From Octopus bimaculoides (Eukaryota): DNA of 64,000 nucleotides. Below the pieces are notes generated by a model. It saw only the letters and a program-made list of their open reading frames with translations, searched no databases and was not told where the DNA came from. The position numbers were made by a program, and so were the translations under genes. The stretch lies in NCBI RefSeq assembly GCF_001194135.2, contig NC_068989.1, forward strand, positions 41,793,711 through 41,857,710, read 5' to 3'. Position 1 is the first letter of the stretch. Each line of letters begins with the position of its first letter. Positions 14,270 to 27,129 of this stretch are shown here, one piece after another.

Positions 14270-14620
14270 GAACTGGGTGCAAGCTTGGTTAAGAATCTCA
14301 TTTTGGAACCATATGGTTTCGAGTTCAGTTCCACTGTGCGGCACCTTGGGGCAAATGTCTTCTATCATAGCCCAAATATCTTCTATTATAATCTGAACCA
14401 GCCAATGCCTTGTGAGTGAATATGGTAGACAGGAACTCTGTGTGTGTTCCACCACTGCTTTGATAATCAGTGTTGGTTTATTCATGCTTCTTTAACTTAG
14501 ATATTGATTAAGGAAACATATAAAATAAGTACCAGTACTGTGGTTGATTTGTTGAGCTAAGCCTTTCAAGGTGGTGCCCCAGCAAGGCCACAGTTCAATG
14601 ACTGAGATAAGTAAAAGATA
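14270..14620 (+). mobile_element. SINE family A copy (diverged)
   Basis: GAGTTCAGTTCCACTGTGCGGCACCTTGGGGCAAATGTCTTCTA core and the family A 3' module. Confidence 0.7.
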
Positions 14621-16049
14621 AGATAGAAAGACACACACCATCACCAACTTCCACATGAAGATAAATTTGGTAGGTATTGTGATATGGAGCTATGTATGAT
14701 GTCACTATCAAAATCTTACACCGCAGTTTGATTTCCAGTTTGAATAAATGCAGTGAAACTTGCTAACATCTTTTGGTCTAAGAGGAAATCTTTTATTCAA
14801 GATACTACTGTAAAATAGGTGTCTGTATGTGAGTAACAGAGGAAAGAAGAGAGAGATTGTATGAGAGTGTATACGCGTGTGCACGAGTCTGTATGTGAGT
14901 GTGAATCAACTAAACCAGTTCCACTTGTGAAATTGGATTGAATAGAATTCTAAACATCTTAATGTGTAACAAATAGGTAGGATGGCAGGAAGAAGGAAAG
15001 AGCCAAGCAGACAATGTTCTTGTTAGCTTTCATCCTGACATGTGTCCTTTGCGTTTTATAAGATAATAAGATGTGATTTGAGGGAGATCTAGCTATTATT
15101 TTTAACCAGTCGTATGACCTCGCAAACTGTCACACGACTCGGATAGCTAATATTTTAGAGACTCCATCATTAATCAAGCAGTTTTTACGTATACGTGTAG
15201 AAATTTAATGCAAGGGAAGTAACTCTAAATTTCTATCAAATTATCTCCCCTTGTTATATATATATATATNNNNNNNNNNNNNNNNNNNNNNNNNNNNNNN
15301 NNNNNNNNNNNNNNNNNNNNNNNNNNNNNNNNNNNNNNNNNNNNNNNNNNNNNNNNNNNNNNNNNNNNNNNNNNNNNNNNNNNNNNNNNNNNNNNNNNNN
15401 NNNNNNNNNNNNNNNNNNNNNNNNNNNNNNNNNNNNNNNNNNNNNNNNNNNNNNNNNNNNNNNNNNNNNNNNNNNNNNNNNNNNNNNNNNNNNNNNNNNN
15501 NNNNNNNNNNNNNNNNNNNNNNNNNNNNNNNNNNNNNNNNNNNNNNNNNNNNNNNNNNNNNNNNNNNNNNNNNNNNNNNNNNNNNNNNNNNNNNNNNNNN
15601 NNNNNNNNNNATATATATATATATATATATATAAACTCCCATATATTTATTATACACATTAATCCGAATATGGTGCTATACGGTCAATAATTAGAAAATA
15701 TCCTCTCGTTATAAATAAATAGCTTCGAACTTTGCTTAATCAACTGCACTTTAAAGTCATTCAGTATCACAAACGCAAACAAACGCGCGCGCACTGAGAA
15801 ATTTTAGAGTTATTTCCCATTTCCATTTTGTCCCAAAATTTTAGAATTTGTTGCTGCATAATATAATTTAAAAATTTTTGTATATTTTCAGTAAGAAATT
15901 CATAATGCTCTATACATGGACGGAACTGCCAACTAAAAATTACGTTTTGCAAGTATTTATGACATAAATGTTTACAAAAAACTTTTTTCCACACATCACA
16001 TTTACACGCATTTTCAAGTGCACATAATCAAATTGTAGCTTCTGCCTGC

Positions 16050-16450
16050 ATCAAGTGCAGCTGACATCCCCTACATTTCTGTAGGAAAGCTTGAATAACT
16101 TCAGGACCCTGTTTATTGCATTTGAAGACCTGTTAAAGATTTTGACATTAAAACCAAAATTCTATATACTACACAGACATCAACAGAGATGAAATCAAAA
16201 TTTATGTCCTTTGATTTCAGAGGATATTCTATGGAAAACAACATTATGATCTGACTCATGTCCCCTGATTTCTGAGGGTACCCCATGAAAAGAAACATCA
16301 TGATCAATGCCTAAATGGAGGACTAAAGAAGCAGTTCAAAAATCATTTGAAGACTACTGTGAAGAGAACATGAACCCTTTAACAGTGGAAGACATCAATG
16401 CCTACCATTAATTTTAAGGGGCCGCACTGTCACAGGGGGATTGGAAATAT
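16050..16450 (+). pseudogene. Possible RTE-type LINE C-terminal relic
   Basis: GGLKKQFKNHLKTTVKR resembles the RTE motif GGQKKRFKDxLK; otherwise heavily decayed. Confidence 0.35.
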
Positions 16451-16652
16451 GGAGGAGAGACCCACTCTGCAGAAGCAAGAAAAGTGGCAGGAATTCACAG
16501 TAAAAAATTATATCTCCAATCAAACATTTATATATCTTGACTGATACTGCATATCAAAAATCAAGATGTATTGTCAGCAGAGGGTCTGTAATCAGAGATG
16601 GTTATCATTGGATTCAAAGGACAAGCAAAAGCAAATAAGTCTAAGGCGGATG

Positions 16653-16874
16653 TACGCGGGGGTGCTGAAAAGTTCCTGGCTTTTAGGGGTTTTGCGAAAG
16701 GCCTGGTTGGAGGTCCAACCTTCTGAGTTCTTTTACAGGGCTTAAAAAAATTGAAGGATTGCTGCAATAAGTGTGTAGATCTGAGAGGGGAATATGTTGA
16801 ATAAAATCATAACTAACTGATCCTCCTGAATTTTCTTATACCAAAAGCCAGGAACTTTTCAGTACCACCTCATA
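16653..16874 (+). mobile_element. Mariner-derived MITE
   Basis: TA-flanked TIRs CGCGGGGGTGCTGAAAAGTTCCTGGCTTT / AAAGCCAGGAACTTTTCAGTACCACCTCA. The interior encodes a mariner C-terminus, KLKDCCNKCVDLRGEYVE*. Confidence 0.9.
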
Positions 16875-16965
16875 TAATAAAATAATATATGACAGGGAGA
16901 GGCTACTGGAACCTTTAACTTGTGAAGTCTTTATATTCTAGCATTCAAAAATAATTGTTTCTACA

Positions 16966-18117
16966 TACAGGGTTTGGCAAAGAAATTTGACAGTTTTCAA
17001 AATAGTTGTAGTGGTGAAGGTCACATTCAGTGGTGTAGAATGGCACATTTCAAATGCTTTTGTGGCAGAGATATTTAAGTATTCCTTCTTTATTCTTTAG
17101 AGTGGTGACCTTTATTCAAATGTAATAAAAGATTTGAATTTTAATGTGGGCAGTGACAGAAAAGTGCCTTGTCAGAATACAATACACAATATTGTTTGAA
17201 CTAGAAAACTTCAGGTTCACCAGTTTTTCGGCATCGTAAAAGAATGCATCAGGAGACATGCATATGTATGAATATCAGAAAATATTGAGTCATTAAGTGG
17301 ATGTAAGTAAACATTTTTTGCTGTACTGCATCAAAGCATAACCTTGCACTACACATTGCAGATCACAGTGTACAAACAACAAAGCACACAGCTTTAAATT
17401 TCTGAACTTATAAGGTTACAACTGAGCAAGAAATAAATCAACATGAATGGAAAAGCTAGAAAACATTTCCTAAAAAAACATGATTATAGTGTGGGCAGAT
17501 TACATAGTTCTTTTTATGAGTGATAAAGTGCATTTCCATTTGCCTGTGTAAAGAAGCAAAAAGTTTTTTAGTAGATGGACAGCAATCTATGACAACTTTA
17601 TGTTTTGTTCCCCTCTACTACAAATATGTAACAGAGAGGTTCTGCATGTGAAACGTTAGTGTAATAAGTCCATATTTCTTTGATGAGGTCAGATCTGCGA
17701 CCTTCTTTCTCCAGGATTGAACAAACACAATAGATTCAAGAAAACAGACTAACAACCTACAAGAGCGTGGATGTATGCTATTAAAGAAATGCTTATCAAG
17801 CCACACCATTCCCTGGAGTGGTGACATGCCACGACTTGCTTAATCACCTGATATAGTTTATGATTATTTTTTCTGGAGCTACCTCAAAGAGGAAGTGTTC
17901 AGCAATAAACAGCACACTCCACACAAACTAAAAACTGTTCTTCCTAAGCATTACATTAAGACATGATGTGATTAAGACAATATGCAACATAAAACTTCTA
18001 GGCAAGGCTAAAAGTATATTTGCATGAAACAATGGGAAGCATTTGAATGCATTTATTTCTGAGACTAAACAATTTTTATAGAGGAAGGACTATGCCCAAG
18101 ACTTTACAGGCCCTGTA
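16966..18117 (+). pseudogene. Decayed Tc1/mariner transposon, rosa/DD41D-like
   Basis: TA-CAGGG start and CCCTG-TA end. Remnant motifs FFMSDKVHFHL (about 17510-17542), IISPYFFDE and DYFFWSYLKEEVFSNK (about 17862-17910). Many stops and frameshifts; the subfamily call is inferred from motifs. Confidence 0.75.
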
Positions 18118-19102
18118 AGAATGGTAATATCAATTGCAGTACACTTGGATTATACAAAACCCCTATACCATCCTACATTAATCAGATGTCATGTTTTTTC
18201 AACATACACAACCCCTCTTTGAGTATACAAAACATTCAATATGCATTTGAAATTCAGACAAAGATGTTGGAGTAAATAAGAAAGAAAAATCCCATAGGTG
18301 TAACTCACAAGGAAGTATGCCTGGTAGCTTATACCATGCTTTTGCAAATTGTTTTAGGTGCCTATGAAGTCATGAGCAGACATACATACCTTCTCAGCCC
18401 TACTAATCTTGATCCAGTAAAAACATCAAGGATGTGGCAGCTAGCAGGAGAGACACAGAGAGAGCTGTACCAACACTAAGTTGGCCCTAGTTTGCAACTA
18501 ATAGACTTGCTGAAAAAAAAGTCTTGCACTCTCCAGCCCAGGAACTAAACCCTTGGCCTTGTTATCATGAACCCAACATCCTATCTATGAAGGCACACAC
18601 ATTCTGGTTAGACAGTCAATGACAAAGAAAAAAAAATTTATAAAAGAAATCACATAAAAAAAACAACACAGCAGTATTTCCAGTGAAATCTTTTAAAATG
18701 AAAGATTTATTGGAGTCCCAAGTGGCTTCATAAGACAAATAATGAACTGCAAAGAGAAGTAAATCTTTTTATGGTATCAAGTACCAATCTACTGCAGAGA
18801 AAATTGTAAGAACAGCTTATGTATATCCCCAGGCACATCCTTCATCTAATCTTCCCTATCTTTCTTGTGTGGAGGTTGAGATGAGAATATCAGATAAAAA
18901 AAACCTATCAGCATCATGCTAAACATAGTGTAGAAGAGAAGACCAGAATAAAAATTAGAAGCCGAAGAGGAAACAAGCAAACTAATAAATAAATAAAAAT
19001 AAATAAAGATTGGTTGATCAAATTTTCTGAAGATTCTCAAAATGCATAAAAGGAACTTTGGGTGGAATATGAGAAGAGTGGGAATAAATAAGTTTGACTT
19101 AC

Positions 19103-19217
19103 TTCGGTATCCGTATCTTCATCCATTTTTAGTCGGGCGATGACCTGTAGCAATTGCTTTCTGGTTTGTGGATCAGTGACCTGACAACTTTCAAGAAGGT
19201 CATCCTCGGTGAGAGTC
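19103..19217 (-). CDS. Coding exon completing the SAM domain
   Basis: Not in the ORF track; found by reading the minus strand. Acceptor tcaatctttttag|G and donor GAA|gtaagt, 115 nt. The first base completes the phase-2 Arg codon from the large exon, then TLTEDDLLESCQVTDPQTRKQLLQVIARLKMDEDTDTE follows, matching the SAM pattern L.eeDL...g.....r..ll..i..l. Ends in phase 0. Confidence 0.88.
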
Positions 19218-19512
19218 CTAAAAAGATTGAACGTTACACATCAATTAACCCTTTAAATTTTCAGATTACTCTGTCAAATGTAATGCATTTTTTTTTATTC
19301 ATATTGTTTAAATAAATCATGCGTTATCTTGTAGTCACAGAATCTTAATGATGTGAGTGTTTATTTTCAGAATGACATTGTAAGGAAAGAATGAGAGACT
19401 GAATCTGGCCAGTTTCAAAAAAAAAAACAAAAAACAAAAGAAAACGGGTACAATATTTGGGCTGGATATAAGTTTAAATGCTAAAGAGTTAAAATACATA
19501 TGTATATATATA

Positions 19513-19670
19513 GGCGCAGGAGTGGCTGTGTGGTAAGTAGCTTGCTTACCAACCACATGGTTCCAGGTTCAATACCATGGGCAAGTGTCTACTACTATAG
19601 CCTCGGGCCGACCAAAGCCTTGTGAGTGGATTTGATAGATGGAAACTGAAAGAAGCCCGTCGTATATATG

Positions 19671-19766
<96 letters not shown>

Positions 19767-19972
19767 TTTCTGTGTTTGTCCCCCCCACCAATGCTTGACA
19801 ACCGATGCTGGTGTGTTTACGTCCCCGTAACTTAGCGGTTTGGCAAAAAGAGACCAATAGAATAAGTACTAGGCTTCCAAAGAATAAGTCCTGGGGTCGA
19901 TTTGTTCGACTAAAGGCGGTGCTTCAGCATGGCCACAGTCAAATGACTGAAACAAGTAAAAGAGTAAAAGAG
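19513..19972 (+). mobile_element. Best-preserved SINE family A copy
   Basis: A-box-like TGGCTGTGTGG (19523), B-box GGTTCAATACC (19566), core GGGCAAGTGTCTACTACTATAGCCTCGGGCCGACCAAAGCC, internal (TA)n(TG)n, and AAGAGTAAAAGAG tail. Further full or partial copies at about 1440-1790+, 2330-2460-, 4150-4315-, 20160-20290-, 35440-35790-, 36155-36580-, 42290-42515-, 44395-44795+, 48180-48545-, 50480-50730+, 54500-54930+ and 61040-61205-. Confidence 0.88.
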
Positions 19973-20412
19973 CATGTGTATAAGTTTGTTCATTAATTTT
20001 CCATGATAACATAGATTGGATAAACATATTAAGTATTGTTTTAAAGCTGGCGATGTTTTTATTTTAATTATACTTGGCATCAAAAGTACTGAACCAAAGG
20101 TTCAGTACTTATCTTAAAGTTTCCATGTAAAGACATCAAACTTAAATTCTAACACACACACATGGTTGGCTTCCATACAGTTTCTGTCAACTGATTTCAC
20201 TCACACGTTATTGGGCAGTACAAGGCTACACTAGAAGACACTTGCCCAATGTGCTATGCAATGAGTTAGAAGCTGTGACCATGAGGTTGCAAAACAAACC
20301 CAATACCCACTCATTTGTGTTTGTGTATGTGTGCATATATATATATGCATGTGTATGTGTGTGTGTGTGTATATATATATATTGTGAGAGAGAGAGAGAT
20401 GCATGTACATGT

Positions 20413-20473
<61 letters not shown>

Positions 20474-20489
20474 TGTGTGTGTGTGTATG

Positions 20490-20790
20490 TAAAATGCATC
20501 ATCTGAACGTGGTCGATGCCAGTGTCCCCTGACTGACACCCATGCTGGTGGCACGTAAAAAGCACTATTCAAACATGATCGATGCCAGGCTCGTCTGACT
20601 GGCTCCTGTGCTGGTGGCACATAAAAAGCACCCACTACACTTTTGGAGTGGTTGGCATTAGGAAGGGCATCCAGCTGTAGAAAGATTGCCAGATCAGATT
20701 GGAGTCTGGTGCAGCCACTGGCTCTCCAGGACGCAGTCGGACCACCCAACCCATGCCTGCACGGAAAACGGATATATGATGATGATGATG
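20490..20790 (+). mobile_element. Dispersed retroposon 3' module (family D) with AAAAGCAC internal repeats and (GAT)n tail
   Basis: GGTGGCACGTAAAAAGCAC...GGAAGGGCATCCAGCTGTAGAAA...AACCCATGC...GATGATGAT. Also at about 2050-2290+, 23100-23240+, 26090-26465+, 30355-30600-, 47270-47530-, 49100-49315+ and 63790-63935-. Confidence 0.75.
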
Positions 20791-23700
20791 TATCTATGTT
20801 CATATGCTGTGGGAAAAAGACACTAATATTTCAAGGTTGAACTTATCAATCAATAAGTTATTAAAACTGTAAATTATTATTATTATCCAATAAACCAGTT
20901 ATATTCTATGGAATAGATTTTCCTCAAATCATTGAATCAAGATGGGATATGTTGTCAGTCGTCAGTGGATTTAAGCTAAGTACTGCACAAGTTGAAACAT
21001 GAAGTCTGTTCTTTTACTAGAACAGGAGGTGTATGTTTATGTAAGGTCTACATTGGTGAGGGAGAGAGAGAGATAGTGAGTACCTGGTAATGAAGTGATT
21101 ATCAGGGGAGAGAGAGAGAGAGAAAGAGTAAGGGAGGGAGGGAGATAGATAGACAAAGAGAAAGGCAGAGAGGTAAAAGAAAGGGAGATTTCTTTAATTA
21201 GGAACAAAATTCACTTCAAGTTTGAAGGGAACAAATTAAGTTGTCTTAATCCTACCCATACCTGATTTCAGAGGATATCACTAGAATTTAATCAATGTTG
21301 GAGGGATGAATCGAAACCTTACCAAACATGGTTTTTAACAGAGAATGTTGAGTTGACATTTTGTGTTGAACATTATGAAGAAACACCAATAAATCTTTGT
21401 CGTTCTTTTAGTTTCTAAAGATTCAAAATTAAAACTGATACAAAAGAAAAAGAAAATACATGTACATACGTACATGGAAAACAAACAAATATGTTTAAAT
21501 TGCAGTGAATAAAAGAACAAAAAGCCAACGGAAAATGAAAAAAAAAAGAACCGCAGTACATCCAAGGAAGGTAAGGGAGTATTTTCTAAAGGAGCACATA
21601 TTTTGTTCTGTGTGACAGAGACAAACAATTCAATGCATAGAACTAGACATCTCCTTCAATTATTGTAATGAAGGGATGGGGGTTGAGTGATTAGAACAAG
21701 AGGGGGAGGGAGAGGTGAATGTATAGAATAAGTTGAGACAGTTTTGAGAGAACAAAGAATGAAATTGAGATAAAGAAACAGACAAAACCTCCAGCTACTT
21801 CCATGTACAGTGAAATAGATGGATCGATGGGTGTATGCAGCTTTCTGTAGACACCAGCTGCATAGTCATTTAGAAAGAAGCATGCACACACATGTATATG
21901 CACACATTTATACAGCATTTACACACACATACACACACACGTTTATATATCCTTTAGGAGAACACAAACATAAATATAAATACATTTAAATACCCCTTGT
22001 GCACACACATATACAAATATTAATACACCCCTAACACATACACACAAACAAACCTTTATAAACCCCTTACACACATGCACATATGCATTCCTACTTACAC
22101 ATACCATATATACAATAATTTGAAAATGCAAGTATGCAGCCTCATATAATGTGTGCACACACACACACACATACATGGAACAGAGTGCAGATGCAAAAGA
22201 ATGCATGAATGCACACACACTCTTGCAAAGATATATACACATACACACAGACATATAATAAAATATGCACATAAAACAATGAAGTCTTACACATACATAC
22301 ACACAAGCAAAGAATACATATATACAAGGCAACTATACAAAACGAACAAAAGCACACACACACAGCTTTCATTTTATTAAAAAGCTTGTTGCTATCACCA
22401 CAACCTTACCACCACCCCATCACCNNNNNNNNNNNNNNNNNNNNNNNNNNNNNNNNNNNNNNNNNNNNNNNNNNNNNNNNNNNNNNNNNNNNNNNNNNNN
22501 NNNNNNNNNNNNNNNNNNNNNNNNNNNNNCGCCATCATCCCCCACCCCACCCCTATCGCCATCGACAACACCACTACCCCACCGCCACCCCTATCACCAC
22601 CACCATCAGCCCCCACCCCAACACCACCCTCACGTAATGTGTTGAAGAAAATATCTCTCATCAGCATTCATTTCCTGGCAGAATTATTCTACAAGTGTTG
22701 TAGGTCTCCACAAGAGATTTGGTAGCAATGAGGCATTGTGGGATATATTGATAGGTGTATGTGTGCACGAGAGAGAGAGATGGGGTGGGGCTGACAGCTG
22801 GAAGGGAATGGAGCCAGTGTAGCGGGTGAGGAGGGAAAGAACTCCACAGAACTCAAGGACACCTGAATGTGACGATGATGTAAATGATAATAAAAAAAAA
22901 TCCAAGTGCTGAGATTACATTGCAATGATGCTATCAAGTTTCCTGTTTACTACTGATTATGATGACGATGATGATGATGATGCTAGCACTATTACAACAG
23001 ACCTTGAAATCACAAGTTCAAACCTGGATGGTAGAGGTAATTTATGCATAACATATATATATGTGTATGTGTACATATATATACATATATATATATGGTG
23101 CCTTTTACAGTGACATGTAAAAAGCACCCACTACACTCTCAGACTGAAACTTGATGCAGCTCTCTGGCTTACCAGTTGCAGTCAGACCACCTAACCGATG
23201 CCAGCATGAAAGGCAGGTGATAAATGATGATGATGATGATATATATGCATGTGTGTATGTGTCTTTGTGTTTGTCTCCTATCACTGCTTGACAAATAGTG
23301 TCGATTTGTTTAAGTCCCCATAACTTAGCAGTTTGGCAAAAGAAACTGATAAGATAAGTACCAGGTTAAAAAAGAAAAATTAGTACTGGGGCGATTTGCT
23401 TAACTAAAACCTTTAAGGCAGTGCCAGAAAAAAAACAAAAAAAAACGCTACCCCAGCTGGGCTGCAAACAGGAAAAAGAGTAACTACTTGTTTGTCTCAG
23501 AGAGATATGGTAGACAAGTGGAATGGTAAACAAGAATCTAGTTGACTGATTTTGATTTCACATAATCTAATGTATCCATCAAAGGATGATCAGGTCAGTT
23601 AATTTGTTCCAGAGGGTTGAGATGGTGGGTTGAAAGATTTGAAAACAGGTGGGGAGTGTGTGTGTGTGTGTGTGTGTAAGGGTTATGAAAGTGAGGGAGG

Positions 23701-25235
23701 GGTGGGGGAAGATGGTTGGGTATTTTATTTTATTTTACTTTATTAATCACTTAGTGTGGAGTAGGGAAAAGACAACATCTATGATAGTAATGAGCTAACT
23801 GTGGCCTGCAAGATCTTTGCCTATGGCACACCTACATGAAAAGTTACCTTGAATTACCCTTCTGTAGTGTAGCTTACCTTGATGATGAGCCAGGTTTCAG
23901 GCCACTTTTTTCTCAAAAAAAGTTGCCCATGCCTCATCTATGATCTTTCAGAGGGCATTTGAGAATGGAAGGAGAAAGAGAGTTAATCTCAACCAGAGAT
24001 CTAGCCTGAAGGCTTACAACAGAGTGAACTATGCAAAAGATATCAAGGGTACAGGGTGATGTACTAAACTGGGTGACAAGAGAATGGACTCAATTAAAGG
24101 CATCCAAGGACCTGTTACTGACATTAAACTGGGTGGCAACAGAGTGGACTCCACTAAAGGCAGCCAGGATACCATGTGGTAGTGTTAGACTCCTGAGAAT
24201 CCATGTAACTATCCAACAGGTTGATAAACACCAGAATTTTTATTGTTTTATCAATTTCTTTAAATATCTACATTAAATTTCCTATAAAAACTGATAATGA
24301 CATAAAAAAAAGTGAAGGAATTATTGATTTTCAATCAATAAATTTGTTTTTATTAATCATACTTTTTACTTTTGTTTTAGGTGAATAAGTTATCGATGGT
24401 TCTGCGACAGAGTCAATGATTTAAAATATTTGCCGACCTTTGCCCAAGACACAGGAAGAGAACCCCCCCCCCCAAAAAAAAAACAATATGAAAACGTTTA
24501 ATTGATGTAATGTACACACAGAAGCTCAAAACCTACAAAGAGCAAAAAGAAAAACAAAAAAAAAAACAAGAAAGTTAGCTGCTCCACCAATCCAGACAAA
24601 CAGACACTTTATGACAGGCACGTGGATTAGAATGGTGGCTTAATTGGTAAAACGTGAGAAATATAATTTACATATTTAATTGGAAGGTTTATATTGAAAT
24701 AAAACAGTTGAGAGATTTTGGAGGGAAAGTATGAGAAGAGACGCTTAATGAATAGGGAATGGGTATTTTAGGTTTGTCGCAAACAATAATTGAATCGTAA
24801 CAGGTTTTTATAGCCTTGAACAATACAACGTGACTCAAATGGGGAGGTGAACATAAAAGAAGATTCAGTATTATTATTATTGTTACCACTACAACTACTA
24901 TTGTTATTATTATTTGTCTTCACTTGTAAGACAAATATAGAAATCATTATCATTATCATTATTTGTCCTTGCCCTTATGACAAAGAAATCATCACCGTTA
25001 TTGTTGTTGTTGCTGTTATTGTTGTTACTATTATTATTACCATTCTTACAAGTGAATNNNNNNNNNNATGAGAGGAGAGCAATATAACTGGTTTTACAGA
25101 AAATAACACAAACACACACATATACAAAATACTTTTTTCCCTACCACCAACCAAACTGACTTCTTGAGAAGCATGGAATGTTTGGCTAAAGACATTAAGC
25201 CACTGAACAATGGACAATATCATCTGCTTGTCTGT

Positions 25236-25460
25236 TTAACTCTTCAGCATTTAAATCAGTTATACCTGGCCAAAATTTTCTACTTGTTTTATATTCAAAC
25301 CAGCCAGATCTGGCCTTTCATACCTACCCTACATTTAAAAAAATAAGACAATTACTTCATCAAAATCTTGAAGCTACGTGATGATGCATGACTGATTTGA
25401 AACTGTGTAAATAAATAAGCATTCCACATGACAAAATAATCTGAATGCTAAAGAGGTTAA
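25236..25460. mobile_element. TTAA-flanked MITE (piggyBac-like ends)
   Basis: TTAACTCTTCAGCATT...AATGCTAAAGAGGTTAA. Related copies at 42596-42982 (with a partial tandem duplication restarting at internal TTAA 42755) and about 49358-49585. Confidence 0.75.
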
Positions 25461-26692
25461 TGTCTGTTTTCTATGCTAGCATGGCTGAGAAAGGAGAAAA
25501 TAGAGGCTGGATTATTTTCATTAGATGCTCTTTGTGTTGCCAAACATTGACAGTTTTTCAAGTAAGGCAAATGTGTTTCCAGAGGAATTAGAAAGCACAA
25601 TGCTAGCAGATGCAATTGTTGACAGAAATGCCAACAATCATCACCAGCTGCTTTCTAACCACTAATAGTGATGTCACCATCCTTAGCTGTAGTTCAGTGT
25701 CATCATCATCATTATCATTATTTGATATCTGTTTCCCATGCTAGCATAGGTTGGATGGTTTGGCAGGGTCTAGCAAACTGCAGATCCACGTTGTGTTCTA
25801 ATGTTAGCTTTGGTATGGTTTCTACTTTGGTCAGATCATAGTTTAGTCAGAAAAAAATGCAGGAATTTCAGCCCTCAAGAAAACTACTATTCTGTGAAAA
25901 TCCTACTTAACTCTTTTGGTACTAATGGCACCTGTGATTGCCCAATTCGATGATAAACTTCCTGTTTCAAAGCAAGCTAAATTAAAAACTTCCATCAAAA
26001 TTTCATGCTGATTTATGTTCTAGTTACCAGCTTTATTTTCAACACAATATTTGTATGTTACTATTTATAGCTAGGTCCTTGTCTTGTGAACTCATGGGTG
26101 CTAGTGTCACCTAAAAGTACCTGTGTTGGTACCACATAAAAAGCACCTATATTAGTTCCACATAAGAAGCACTTGTGCTGGTGCCACATAGAAAAGCAAC
26201 TATTCGAGGCCATGTAAAAAGCTTCCATGCCAGCGCCACATAAAAAAGCACTTATGTTGGTGTCATGTACAAAGCACTTGTGCCAGTGCTACGCATTAGA
26301 CACCCAGTACACTATGTGAAGTAATTGGCGTTAGGAAGGGCATCTAGCCATAGAGACCATGTCAAAACAAACAATTGGAGCCTGGGCAACACTCTAGATG
26401 GCCAGCTCCTGTCAAATCACCCAACCCATTCCAGCATGGAAAATGGACATTAAATGATGATGGTGGTGGTGTATTTCAAGATCCACTATTCTAGAAAAGA
26501 ATTATTTCACGTTCTCTCAAAAGCTTATAAATTCTTATGGTGTCAACAATATACAATTCTCACTAGTAATAATAGAAATTCTAACCCTAATTTGGTCTAG
26601 CTCTACAGGAGATGTGGATTTGAGTCCCACAGGCAGCCTTCAATGTTTTCTATCCAGAAGTGTTTTTCAACCCAATATTTACATGTTATTAT

Positions 26693-26920
26693 TTTACCCT
26701 TTCGTTACCGTATCTATTTTGAGATGCTCTGTGTTTCTTTCAATTACTTTAAATATAACAAAGAATTTAGTAAAATAACTTAGTTATCATCCAGCTAGTG
26801 TTAGGAACATAAATTGCGACTAAGGTTTGGTGGAAAATCTTAATTCAAAACTTATGAAAACAAGACATTTGTACTCAGAGCCAGAGATGGTTTCAGCTGG
26901 GTTGGTAACAAAAGGGTTAA
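26693..26920. mobile_element. TTAA-type MITE, second family
   Basis: TIRs TTACCCTTTCGTTACC / GGTAACAAAAGGGTTAA. Confidence 0.8.
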
Positions 26921-26927
26921 AGCAGCG

Positions 26928-27129
26928 ATCTTTTGTTTTGATTACATTTTACGTCATTTCTAATCCACGTGCGTTTGTTTATGTTTCTGAACAAGATCAT
27001 CGCTTTCCATAAAAGGGTTTTAGGGTTAGGGTTAGGGAATTCCATCCCTAACCCTAAAATCCTTTTACGGAAACATAAATAAACGCACGTGGATTAGAAA
27101 TGACGTAAAATGTAATCAAAACGAAAGAT
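26928..27129. repeat. Near-perfect palindrome with central head-to-head telomeric-type repeats
   Basis: Outer arms of about 59 bp differ at 2 positions. Inner (TTAGGG)3 at 27020-27037 faces CCCTTAACCCTAA at about 27046-27058. Confidence 0.92.

Noticed and set aside
18390-18490. Minus-strand acceptor/donor pair close to the SAM exon
   Set aside because: Phase-0 reading hits TAG at codon 4.
24381-24420. Plus-strand acceptor tttgttttag|GTGAAT suggesting a nested gene
   Set aside because: All three frames stop within 13 codons, and no partner exon was found.
27020-27058. Fossil telomere-telomere chromosome fusion
   Set aside because: Only three TTAGGG units on one side and about two on the other, embedded in long non-telomeric inverted arms; better explained by a foldback element.
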